The notes below the pieces were generated by a model. That model ran no database searches, was not told the DNA's origin, and saw nothing but the letters and a program-made list of their open reading frames with translations. DNA of 64,000 nt from Candidatus Latescibacterota bacterium (lineage in GTDB: Bacteria > Latescibacterota > UBA2968 > GCA-2709665): positions 4,512,001 to 4,576,000 of the forward strand of contig OZ242358.1 in the NCBI GenBank assembly GCA_965208835.1. The letters run 5' to 3'. This document shows positions 37,628 to 46,549 of the stretch, piece after piece (position 1 is the stretch's first letter; each line of letters begins with the position of its first letter). The position numbers and the translations under genes were made by a program.

Positions 37628-40600
37628 TCAATTGCCCAATGAAGCGCTTCCGACTTCGCTGTTGATCAGCCTGCAATGAAGAATGAGGTGGCTCCATGAG
37701 TCGATATTCTTTCCACTGGCAGGAGTAAACGTCCATGCCTTATTCCCCGACTGCCGTGACACTTCACCAAATCCCCTGGCGCCGGCAGGTAAAGAACCAC
37801 CTTTGGGCCAGTTAATGTTGTTGCTGGTGTAAAGAGCAACAAACACATCCGGCGCCCCGCTCGGCGTTGACAGTCCGGTAATGCTGAGTCTGAGCTTCCC
37901 GTCGGAAGTCTCGCGTAGCGTCACGGATCCACCCGATGAATAGTTGTTTCGTCCACTAATCGTACCGGTACGGCTTCGCAGTGGTTCCGTTACGGTCAGC
38001 GTCGCCGTGCCGGATTTGCCGTCCACGGTCGCCGTGATCGTTGTGGAACCGGCGTCCACGCCCGTTGCCAACCCGGATGAGTTGATGGTGGCCACCGAGG
38101 CGCTGCCGCTCGTCCATGTGAACGTCTTGCCGGATATCATCGTGTTGTCCGAGTCAAAGGCGGTGGCGCTGAACTGCTGGGTCCCGCCCTCTTCGATTGA
38201 TACGGACGATGGACTTACCGTTACACGGTCCACAACCGGCGGCGGCTCGGTCACGGTCAGCGTCGCCGTGCCGGATTTTCCGTCCACCGTCGCCCTGATC
38301 GTCGTGGAACCGGCATCCACGCCCGTTGCCAACCCGGACGCGTTGATGGTGGCTACCGAGGTGCGGCTGCTCGACCAGGCGAACGTCTTGCCGGATATCA
38401 TCGTGTTGTCCGAGTCAAAGGCGGTGGCGCTGAACCGCTGGGTACCGCCCTCTTCGATTGATACGGACGATGGACTCACCGCGACACGGTCCACAACCGG
38501 CGGCGATTCGGTCACGGTCAGCGTCGCCGTGCCGGATACGCCATCCACCGTCGCCCTGATCGTTGTGGAACCGGCGTCCACCCCCGTTGCCAACCCGGAT
38601 GAGTTGATGGTGGCCACCGAGGCGCTGCTGCTCGTCCAGACAAAGGTCTTGCCGGATATCATCGTGTTGTCCGAGTCAAAGGCGGTGGCGCTGAACCGCT
38701 GGGTACCGCCCTCTTCGATTGATACGGACGATGGACTCACCGCGACACGGTCCACAACCGGCGGCGGCTCGGTCACGGTCAGCGTCGCCGTGCCGGATAC
38801 GCCGTCCACCGTCGCCCTGATCGTCGTGGAACCGGCGTCCACCCCCGTTGCCAACCCGGACGCGTTGATGGTGGCTACCGAGGTGCGGCTGCTCGACCAG
38901 GCGAACGTCTTGCCGGATATCATCGTGTTGTCCGAGTCAAAGGCGGTGGCGCTGAACTGCTGGGTCCCGCCCTCTTCGATTGATACGGACGATGGACTCA
39001 ACGTGACACGGGCCACAACCGGCGGCGGCTCGGTCACGGTCAGCGTCGCCGTGCCGGATACGCCGTCCACGGTCGCCCTGATCGTCGTGGAACCGGCGTC
39101 CACCCCCGTTGCCAACCCGGATGAGTTGATGGTGGCCACCGAGGCGCTGCTGCTCGTCCACGTGAACGTCTTGCCGGATATCATCGTGTTGTCCGAGTCA
39201 TAGGCGGTGGCGCTGAACCGCTGGGTCCCGCCCTCTTCGATTGATACGGACGATGGACTCACCGCGACACGGGCCACAACCGGTGGCGACTCGGTCACGG
39301 TCAGCGTCGCCGTGCCGGATTTTCCGTCCACCGTCGCCCTGATCGTCGTGGAACCGGCGTCCACCCCCGTTGCCAACCCGGATGAGTTGATGGTGGCCAC
39401 CGAGGCGCTGCTGCTCGTCCACGTGAACGTCTTGCCGGATATCTTCGTGTTGTCCGAGTCATAGGCGGTGGCGCTGAACCGCTGGGTCCCGCCCTCTTCG
39501 ATTGATACGGACGATGGACTTACCGTTACACGGTCCACAACCGGTGGCGACTCGGTCACGGTCAGCGTCGCCGTGCCGGATACGCCGTCCACCGTCGCCC
39601 TGATCGTCGTGGAACCGGCGTCCACCCCCGTTGCCAACCCGGATGAGTTGATGGTGGCCACCGAGGCGCTGCTGCTCGTCCACGTGAACGTCTTGCCGGA
39701 TATCTTCGTGTTGTCCGAGTCATAGGCGGTGGCGCTGAACCGCTGGGTACCGCCCTCTTCGATTGATACGGACGATGGACTCACCGCGACACGGGCCACA
39801 ACCGGCGGCGGCTCGGTCACGGTCAGCGTCGCCGTGCCGGATACGCCGCCCACGGTCGCCGTGATCGTCGTGGAACCGGCGTCCACCCCCGTTGCCAACC
39901 CGGATGAGTTGATGGTGGCTACCGAGGTGCGGCTGCTCGACCAGACAAAGGTCTTGCCAGATATCATCGTGTTGTCCGAGTCAAAGGCGGTGGCGCTGAA
40001 CTGCTGGGTCCCGCCCTCTTTGATTGATACGGACGATGGACTTACCGTTACACGGTCCACGACCGGTGGCGACTCGGTCACGGTCAGCGTCGCCGTGCCG
40101 GATACGCCGTCCACCGTCGCCCTGATCGTCGTGGAACCGGCGTCCACCCCCGTTGCCAACCCGGACGCGTTGATGGTGGCTACCGAGGTGCGGCTGCTCG
40201 ACCAGGCGAACGTCTTGCCGGATATCATCGTGTTGTCCGAGTCAAAGGCGGTGGCGCTGAACTGCTGGGTCCCGCCCTCTTCGATTGATACGGACGATGG
40301 ACTCAACGTGACACGGGCCACAACCGGCGGCGGCTCGGTCACGGTCAACGTCGCCGTGCCGGATACGCCGTCCACCGTCGCCCTGATCGTTGTGGAACCG
40401 GCGTCCTCGCCCGTTGCCAACCCGGACGAGTTGATGGTGGCCACCGAGGCGCTGCTGCTCGTCCACGTGAACGTCTTGCCGGATATCATCGTGTTGTCCG
40501 AGTCAAAGGCGGTGGCGCTGAACTGCTGGGTCCCGCCCTCTTCGATTGATACGGACGATGGACTCAACGTGACACGGGCCACAACCGGCGGCGGCTCGGT

Positions 40601-41185
40601 CACGGTCAGCGTCGCCGTGCCGGATACGCCGTCCACGGTCGCCGTGATCGTCGTGGAACCGGCGTCCACCCCCGTTGCCAACCCGGACGAGTCGATGGTC
40701 GCCACCGAGGTGCTGCTGCTCGTCCAGGTGAAGGTCTTGCCGGATATCATCGTGTCGTCCGAGCCATAGGCGGTGGCGCTGAACTGGTGGGTCCCGCCCT
40801 CTTCGATTGATACGGACGATGGACTTACCGTAACACTGGCCACGACCGGCGACGGCGGCTCGCAGGTCGTGCCGAACACTTCGGCAAAGAGCACAAAATC
40901 ACGAAAGCCGATCGCGTCATTGCCGTCTATATCCATCAGCGCGTTGAAATTGGCATCGCCCGAAGAGGTGTTAAACACTGCGACAAAGGAAAGAAAATCC
41001 GCGAATTCAACGATACCATTGTTGTCAAAATCAGCCTGACAAGCACGACTCCCATCTCCGTTTTCGGAGATCAGATCAAGAGACACGACGGCCATCGCGT
41101 TGCGACCGGAAAAGTCCGATGGTGCGAAGACGAGCAACAAAACGGCGAGAAATAGCAACTTCCTGATTGTCCTGTACGTGAACAT
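37628..41185 (-). CDS. Secreted protein: dockerin/EF-hand-like module, 11 Big_2 Ig-like repeats, C-terminal DM13-like domain
   Basis: Signal peptide from ATG 41185 (the longer ORF start lies inside a MITE); DFDNNGIVEFADF and DIDGNDAIGFRDF; 87-aa repeats; APDVFVAL...LILHC...VGSASL. Confidence 0.85.
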   Translation of the reverse strand: MFTYRTIRKLLFLAVLLLVFAPSDFSGRNAMAVVSLDLISENGDGSRACQADFDNNGIVEFADFLSFVAVFNTSSGDANFNALMDIDGNDAIGFRDFVLFAEVFGTTCEPPSPVVASVTVSPSSVSIEEGGTHQFSATAYGSDDTMISGKTFTWTSSSTSVATIDSSGLATGVDAGSTTITATVDGVSGTATLTVTEPPPVVARVTLSPSSVSIEEGGTQQFSATAFDSDNTMISGKTFTWTSSSASVATINSSGLATGEDAGSTTIRATVDGVSGTATLTVTEPPPVVARVTLSPSSVSIEEGGTQQFSATAFDSDNTMISGKTFAWSSSRTSVATINASGLATGVDAGSTTIRATVDGVSGTATLTVTESPPVVDRVTVSPSSVSIKEGGTQQFSATAFDSDNTMISGKTFVWSSSRTSVATINSSGLATGVDAGSTTITATVGGVSGTATLTVTEPPPVVARVAVSPSSVSIEEGGTQRFSATAYDSDNTKISGKTFTWTSSSASVATINSSGLATGVDAGSTTIRATVDGVSGTATLTVTESPPVVDRVTVSPSSVSIEEGGTQRFSATAYDSDNTKISGKTFTWTSSSASVATINSSGLATGVDAGSTTIRATVDGKSGTATLTVTESPPVVARVAVSPSSVSIEEGGTQRFSATAYDSDNTMISGKTFTWTSSSASVATINSSGLATGVDAGSTTIRATVDGVSGTATLTVTEPPPVVARVTLSPSSVSIEEGGTQQFSATAFDSDNTMISGKTFAWSSSRTSVATINASGLATGVDAGSTTIRATVDGVSGTATLTVTEPPPVVDRVAVSPSSVSIEEGGTQRFSATAFDSDNTMISGKTFVWTSSSASVATINSSGLATGVDAGSTTIRATVDGVSGTATLTVTESPPVVDRVAVSPSSVSIEEGGTQRFSATAFDSDNTMISGKTFAWSSSRTSVATINASGLATGVDAGSTTIRATVDGKSGTATLTVTEPPPVVDRVTVSPSSVSIEEGGTQQFSATAFDSDNTMISGKTFTWTSGSASVATINSSGLATGVDAGSTTITATVDGKSGTATLTVTEPLRSRTGTISGRNNYSSGGSVTLRETSDGKLRLSITGLSTPSGAPDVFVALYTSNNINWPKGGSLPAGARGFGEVSRQSGNKAWTFTPASGKNIDSWSHLILHCRLINSEVGSASLGN
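37980..40850 (-). repeat. Coding tandem repeat, 11 x 261 bp
   Basis: Near-identical 261-nt units visible in the DNA. Confidence 0.97.
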
Positions 41186-41202
41186 GGCAGGCACGTCCTT
41201 AT

Positions 41203-41362
41203 CAGTCCGTTGATAAAGTCGCTCTGCAGGCGAAGCCGAGCCATTGTGGCCGAAGACAAGGCGCGCAACCGAGTCCCATCCAGCGATTCGGCGAGGGAGC
41301 GCAACGCAGGTTTTCGACCGCAAGGGCCGACCGTAGCCCGGATCGGTTTTTTCAACGGGCTG
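41203..41362 (+). mobile_element. MITE family A, copy 2 (160 bp, empty form)
   Basis: TIRs CAGTCCGTTGATAAA / TTTTTCAACGGGCTG; TTAT direct repeat on both sides. Confidence 0.88.
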
Positions 41363-41519
41363 TTATGTAAGGGTTCAGGTCACCGCTGTCCAGAAACCAT
41401 GGGATTCTCAGAGATGACGTTCGAAAAGTGGCTTCAAATGGCAATTTTGTACGGGTCTGACCCGGATAACGAAAACCAGGTTGCGATTGGTTCCCGATTG
41501 CGGATCACTGTCAACACCG

Positions 41520-41670
41520 TCAATTTCGCGTATTTCGTACTCTCGTATTCTCGCTTTACGAAACTACGAATTGACGAATCTACGAATTGACGAATCTACG
41601 AAAAAGCGGGAATACGTCATTCGTCTTCTGGTTTTCTCGTTCACTCGTATTCTCGTATTCTCGCGCTTTT
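41520..41670. repeat. 8/16-nt periodic low-complexity repeats
   Basis: (CTACGAATTGACGAAT) x ~2.4, flanked by TCTCGTAT units. Confidence 0.75.
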
Positions 41671-41717
41671 GAGGCCAGTCTTACCGTTGCCTTTTTTCGG
41701 ACTGAGGCTTACGCCAT

Positions 41718-42779
41718 TCAGCGGATCCGGCCGCGCGCGTGTACCGGCCACGTCGCTTCGACCATTCCGTTGCGGGTGGCGACCATGACGTCGTGTTCGT
41801 TGACGCACGGACAGGGGTGAACCGGAAGCACCTGCACTCGCTCGCCGATCTCCGGTTTGACCGCGCATTGGGAGATGTCCACGTGGCCGTGCTCTTCGGA
41901 CGCGACTCCGATGAGCGCGTCGGGGTATTCGACGATATGTCCCATGCTGTCTCCCCGTTCCGTCTTGTAGATGGATGCGCTTAACGACTTGCTTCCCGCA
42001 TCCAGGAACATGCGGTCCCCGGTAGGCCTGCTCACGACGGTCGTGATCACGCGGAGCGCGCACTGATCCACGGTGTGCCGGCCTTCGGCCAGGTGCATGG
42101 CGCCGCCTACGGGGTATTCGCCGGCGCGGTACTCGGTGAGTTCGGGGATCTTGTGAGCGTCCAGCGCATGGGGGGTGCCGCCGCCGCTCACGACGTCGCG
42201 AGGCAGGCCGGCCCTGTCGAACAGGTCGATGGTTTCCTGTATGAGCGGTCTGGAATCGGGCGGCGTGGGAAAGCCCATGAATCCCCTGAGTTCCAGGCCG
42301 GGAAGATCGTGGACGAGTTTCGCCAGCTCGGCGGCCTCCCGAGGCGTGGGAACGCCCGTGCGTTCGAACCCCATTTCCACTTCGATCAGAATGCCGATGG
42401 AAACACCCTCGGAAGCGGCGGCACGGGAGAGTCCTCTGACGGTGAATTCGGAGTCCGGGGCGAGTGTTATCGGCAGTCGTTTCGCCAGGGCCGTAAGCCG
42501 TTCGAGTTTCCGGGCGCCCATGATGTTGTAGGGAATCAGCAGGTCGGTGTGGATGCCACCCGCCGCCAGGACTTCCGCTTCGCCGAGTTTCTGGCAGGTG
42601 AGGCCGATTGCGCCGTGATTCAGTTGCATCTGTGCGACGGCCAGGTTCTTGTGGGTCTTGATGTGGGGACGGAATCCGATGCCGTGTTCTTCGAAGTAGC
42701 CGTGGTATCGCTTCAGGTTTTCTTCAAGTGCGTCCAGGTTGATGACAAGGACAGGCGTGTCCAGTTCTTCAATGCGCAT
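41718..42779 (-). CDS. PLP fold-III D-threonine aldolase/D-serine dehydratase family
   Basis: RPHIKTHK, QKLGEAE, RTGV, SGGGTP, DAGSK, SEEHG, PVHPCP; AAGGAG RBS. Confidence 0.92.
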   Translation of the reverse strand: MRIEELDTPVLVINLDALEENLKRYHGYFEEHGIGFRPHIKTHKNLAVAQMQLNHGAIGLTCQKLGEAEVLAAGGIHTDLLIPYNIMGARKLERLTALAKRLPITLAPDSEFTVRGLSRAAASEGVSIGILIEVEMGFERTGVPTPREAAELAKLVHDLPGLELRGFMGFPTPPDSRPLIQETIDLFDRAGLPRDVVSGGGTPHALDAHKIPELTEYRAGEYPVGGAMHLAEGRHTVDQCALRVITTVVSRPTGDRMFLDAGSKSLSASIYKTERGDSMGHIVEYPDALIGVASEEHGHVDISQCAVKPEIGERVQVLPVHPCPCVNEHDVMVATRNGMVEATWPVHARGRIR

Positions 42780-43107
42780 GCAGGTCTCCTTCGCCGTAAG
42801 TCGTCGCTTTGACTGCAGTGCCATTAAATAGCTTGCGCGGCGGCACGGGTCAAGGGATTTCGAAAGGGGAGCCGGCGTGAACGCTTTTCGCTTGACACGC
42901 GTCGCCTCCGGCCCAAAGTTTAGTGCGAATAACAGACGTCATAAGGTTCACGGTACCGTACATACGGATGCCCCGTCGAGAAGACCGACCGGCGTTGGTG
43001 TGACTGTGAACTGTTGACCCGGAACGGCAGGTTGGATAGTTTTCCATGGAACGGTCAACATTGTTTACGAAACGTCCAAACAAGATACCGGTTCGCGGAG
43101 CAAGGCT

Positions 43108-45570
43108 ATGAAAAACCAAATCCGTCGTTGCAGCCCCTGCCGTCCGGGCCGACTGTGCGTCTGGTTGTGGGTTCTCGCTGTTGCCCTGGCGTCTGAGACA
43201 CCTGCGGCTGAGGAGTCCCGTCCCACCGTTCGTCCGGCCGCGCGTGACTCGCTGGAATCCGCCGCCGAACGGCACGTGCATTCGGGCGCTTACAGGGAAG
43301 CCGCCGAAATTCTCGGCCGGCTTGTCGAAGCGTTTCCGGACGACGTCAATCTCCTGACGCGACAGGGGTACGCCCTGTTGAAAGCGGAAGATTTCGAATC
43401 CGCCATCATTGCGTTCGAATCGGCGAAGAAGCTCGATTCGGACCTTCCGGGCACCTACGTGGGGCTCGGGCTCGCCAGATTACGAAACTCGGGAAGGGGC
43501 CTGGAGGCGTTTTTCAATTTTCGCCAGGCCGTGGGTGAAGCGAGGTCCGCCATCGAGATCAACGCGGCTTACGGGCCGGCATACCGGCTCCTGGGGGAGG
43601 CCTATGGACGGTTTGAAGAAGACCACGAAAAGGCCCTGGGCTATTACACGACCTACATCGAACTGGAACCCGACAACCCCGAAGGACGCTACGAATTCGG
43701 ACTCTCGCTGGTCCAACTCGGGCAGTTTGACAAAATCGACGAACACATAACGCCCTTTATTGAAACGCACCCGTCGGAAAACCGGCTGCTCCCACTGGCC
43801 GCGCAGGCGCACTTCTACCTGGAACGGTTCGGACGGTCCCTGGAGCTCTTCGAGCGATATCTGCAGACGCTGGACCCCCCGGAGCGCGAACTCTTTAACG
43901 ATATCTCACTGGTCGCCTCCGCGGAGGAACTCGAAGCGTACCGGGCCGCCACGGAGGAGGAAAGGGTGACCTTCCTCAACAGGTTCTGGCTGAAGAGGGA
44001 CTCCGACATCCTGACGGCGATCAACGAACGGGTCATCGAGCACTATCGCCGGGTCTGGTACGCCCGGACCTTCTTCGCCGCCGCCGCCAGCCCCTGGGAC
44101 AAGAGAGGGGAGGTCTACATACGCTACGGACAGCCGGATTACCGGTCCCGATCCACGCGCAGGCAATTCGTGCAGAATCCGAAGGTCCAGGCCGTACGGG
44201 ACCGGATGGCGGTGGCGCTCTACGGCGACGAAGCCGCGCTGTTGACGTTTACAGGACCCGTGTTTCCGGTCAGGGCGAATCGCAGCCATCTGGAGGCCAC
44301 GCTCTTCGACCAGCGGGTCACCCCCGACGCAGCCGGCGCGACAACCGCTGACGACGACGTCGGCATTGACGCCTCCCAGGTTTCCGCACTGGCGGAAAAA
44401 GAACAGGATCCAATGGCGGCGATCAGGGAAAACAGCCGCTTCGACGAGTTCGGGGATCTGAATACCCGGCTTAATTTCGGCGGGTACGCCCCGATCACTC
44501 TGGACAACGAGGTCGGCACGGTGCCCTGGGAAACCTGGACGTACACGGGTATCGGAAACGGCATGGAAATCACGTTTACTGACGAACGGGGAACCGGAGC
44601 GTTCGACTTCGCGCCCATTCCGCCTCCATCGCTCGACACGGACGTGTCACGGCTGGCCCGATTCACCGAATACGCCCCGCGCGTCGTTTTTCGTAACGCG
44701 GTCTCCCGCATGCCCGACGTCTATCGCCCCAGGTTTCACCATCCCCCGCTGGATTTTTACTTCGATCTCGCCAGTTTCCGAGCTCCGGAGGGTGGGACCA
44801 CGCTGGAAGTCTACTACGGGATACCGGCCGCACAGGTGCAGGTCGGACAGAGACGCGATGTGTCGTACATCCAGGTCAAGTGCGCGCTCGCACTGGCCCC
44901 GGCGGATTACAGCGTTATCCATCGTACGTCTTCCAGTCGCGCCTACAGGGTCGCGAGCGATTTCAGTGGCGCACAGAAAGCGTTTATGCCGGAACTGCTC
45001 AAACTCCAGGTCCCGCCCGGGAAATACGACCTTCAGGTTCAGATCAAAGACCTGCTTTCCGGCCATAACGGCATATACCGGCAGACGGTGGACGTGAAGG
45101 AGTATCCCGATGACCGGCTTCGGATCAGCGATATTCAACTCGCCGCCACAATTGGCGAAACGAAGCTGCAGAAGCGATTTAAAAAGGGAGAAGTGTGGGT
45201 TGTGCCCATGCCGACGCGGAACTATCGGGGTGCCCAGCAGGTATATGCATACTACGAGATCTACAACCTGAAGAAGAATCGCTTCGGCCAGACCCGTTTC
45301 AAGGTCAAGTACGTTGTGCGGTACGTTTCGAAACCCATCCGCGGCGCGCTCGGATCCGTGGCGTCCGGTCTCCGCTCACTGTTCAAGAACAAGAGACCCT
45401 CGGTCTCGATTTCGTACGAACATGACGGTACCGAACCGAACGAACAGAGTTACCTGGAAATCGACCTCGACAAGGTCAAACACGGCGTGAACGTGCTTGA
45501 AGTCGAAATCAAGGACCTCGTCAGCGGCAGGAGCGAGGAACGCGAAATCCGCTTTCAGTACGGAGGTTGA
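43108..45570 (+). CDS. TPR plus GWxTD-domain protein
   Basis: Signal peptide, TPR-like helices, FW..RD, EHYRRV.YA, WDKRGEVYIRYGQPD, WETWTY. Confidence 0.85.
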   Translation: MKNQIRRCSPCRPGRLCVWLWVLAVALASETPAAEESRPTVRPAARDSLESAAERHVHSGAYREAAEILGRLVEAFPDDVNLLTRQGYALLKAEDFESAIIAFESAKKLDSDLPGTYVGLGLARLRNSGRGLEAFFNFRQAVGEARSAIEINAAYGPAYRLLGEAYGRFEEDHEKALGYYTTYIELEPDNPEGRYEFGLSLVQLGQFDKIDEHITPFIETHPSENRLLPLAAQAHFYLERFGRSLELFERYLQTLDPPERELFNDISLVASAEELEAYRAATEEERVTFLNRFWLKRDSDILTAINERVIEHYRRVWYARTFFAAAASPWDKRGEVYIRYGQPDYRSRSTRRQFVQNPKVQAVRDRMAVALYGDEAALLTFTGPVFPVRANRSHLEATLFDQRVTPDAAGATTADDDVGIDASQVSALAEKEQDPMAAIRENSRFDEFGDLNTRLNFGGYAPITLDNEVGTVPWETWTYTGIGNGMEITFTDERGTGAFDFAPIPPPSLDTDVSRLARFTEYAPRVVFRNAVSRMPDVYRPRFHHPPLDFYFDLASFRAPEGGTTLEVYYGIPAAQVQVGQRRDVSYIQVKCALALAPADYSVIHRTSSSRAYRVASDFSGAQKAFMPELLKLQVPPGKYDLQVQIKDLLSGHNGIYRQTVDVKEYPDDRLRISDIQLAATIGETKLQKRFKKGEVWVVPMPTRNYRGAQQVYAYYEIYNLKKNRFGQTRFKVKYVVRYVSKPIRGALGSVASGLRSLFKNKRPSVSISYEHDGTEPNEQSYLEIDLDKVKHGVNVLEVEIKDLVSGRSEEREIRFQYGG

Positions 45571-45660
45571 GGGAGCGACCGCGCGTGAAAGGAACGGCAA
45601 GGTCCCGCTTCGCGGGCAAATTCCCGTTTCGGGAGTTTGTCTTACGGGTAACCGACGAGA

Positions 45661-46401
45661 ATGGAGATGAATCATCGCGTTGGATCCGCCTTGGTCGCAG
45701 CGATTGGCTTCGTTGCGCTTTTCTCAGAACGGGAAACGCCGGCGCAGGTCGCCGGGTTCGACCCGGAAGCCCTGGCGAAGCAGTTCGTGGGCTACGACGT
45801 CTCCAGAAACGCGGGAAAGGGGTATTCCGAGAGCGCGAGTTTGGCTACGCTGGCGTGGGGTGAAAGCTATCTGCTGAACGCCTACGTCAAGATGTACCGG
45901 TCGACCCGGAACACGCGGTGGCTGGATAAGATCGTGGACCACTTCGACCGGATGGTCGCCAATATGAGCGACCACGACGGCGACGGGATCCCCGGGTGGC
46001 ACACGGACCGGTATTCCGTGTCGCGGATGCGGGCCGAATCGCTGCACAATCGGGGAATGGCGTCCATAAGGCCGTTAGAGGCCACCGTCAGGAATATACA
46101 ACAGGCCCACGAGGCGATCGACGCGGAGTTCATCATCGAACGGGTCGCTTCGAACCGGTACGTGGTACGGGACCTCACCCACGGAAACGTGGTCTATGAC
46201 GGCCCGTATTCTCTGGGTCAGAACATCCCCGGCATTCCGGGTTTCGAACTGCGCCTGGACAGAATCCCCGAAATCGGAGACAGGTTCCGCGTGGAGACGT
46301 GGGCCGTGCGCCCCCTGGAATACGCCGTTCACGAGGGGATGATCCTGTACCCCATCGTGCAGTTTATCGAACTGGCCCTGAGTGCGGTTGCTGTTAAGTA
46401 A
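45661..46401 (+). CDS. Secreted hypothetical protein, possibly C-terminally truncated
   Basis: Signal-like N-terminus; LAWGESYLLNAYVKMY..T....WLDK helical-barrel-like motif; ends abruptly. Confidence 0.6.
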   Translation: MEMNHRVGSALVAAIGFVALFSERETPAQVAGFDPEALAKQFVGYDVSRNAGKGYSESASLATLAWGESYLLNAYVKMYRSTRNTRWLDKIVDHFDRMVANMSDHDGDGIPGWHTDRYSVSRMRAESLHNRGMASIRPLEATVRNIQQAHEAIDAEFIIERVASNRYVVRDLTHGNVVYDGPYSLGQNIPGIPGFELRLDRIPEIGDRFRVETWAVRPLEYAVHEGMILYPIVQFIELALSAVAVK

Positions 46402-46437
46402 ATGCGTCGGGACACCACCAATGTCCCTATTGACACG

Positions 46438-46464
46438 CGGGCAACCACACGGATTGCCCCTACA
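46438..46464. repeat. GTAG-family REP-like palindrome
   Basis: GGGCAACCACACGGATTGCCCCTAC (GGGCAA/TTGCCC stem with a CTAC tail). Confidence 0.6.
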
Positions 46465-46549
46465 AATCCGAATTCAGCGCGTCCGGTGGCGTCAGAGATG
46501 TATTTTCAGAACACCAGACAAGAAACCGGCGATTCAGGAGCGTTCTGCG

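Noticed and set aside
37980-40850. Tandem array as CRISPR or diversity-generating retroelement target
   Set aside because: Units are 261-bp in-frame coding repeats without spacers; no cas or reverse transcriptase gene and no adenine-specific variation
37944-41039. Long + strand ORFs over the Ig array
   Set aside because: Antisense shadows of the repeat gene
41186-41323. N-terminal extension of the Ig-repeat ORF (likewise 61910-62152 and 55979-56008)
   Set aside because: These are translated MITE sequence; RBS-supported starts lie downstream
43012-43060. TGTTGACC/GGTCAACA inverted repeat upstream of the GWxTD gene
   Set aside because: A single 8-bp repeat without other support; could be chance
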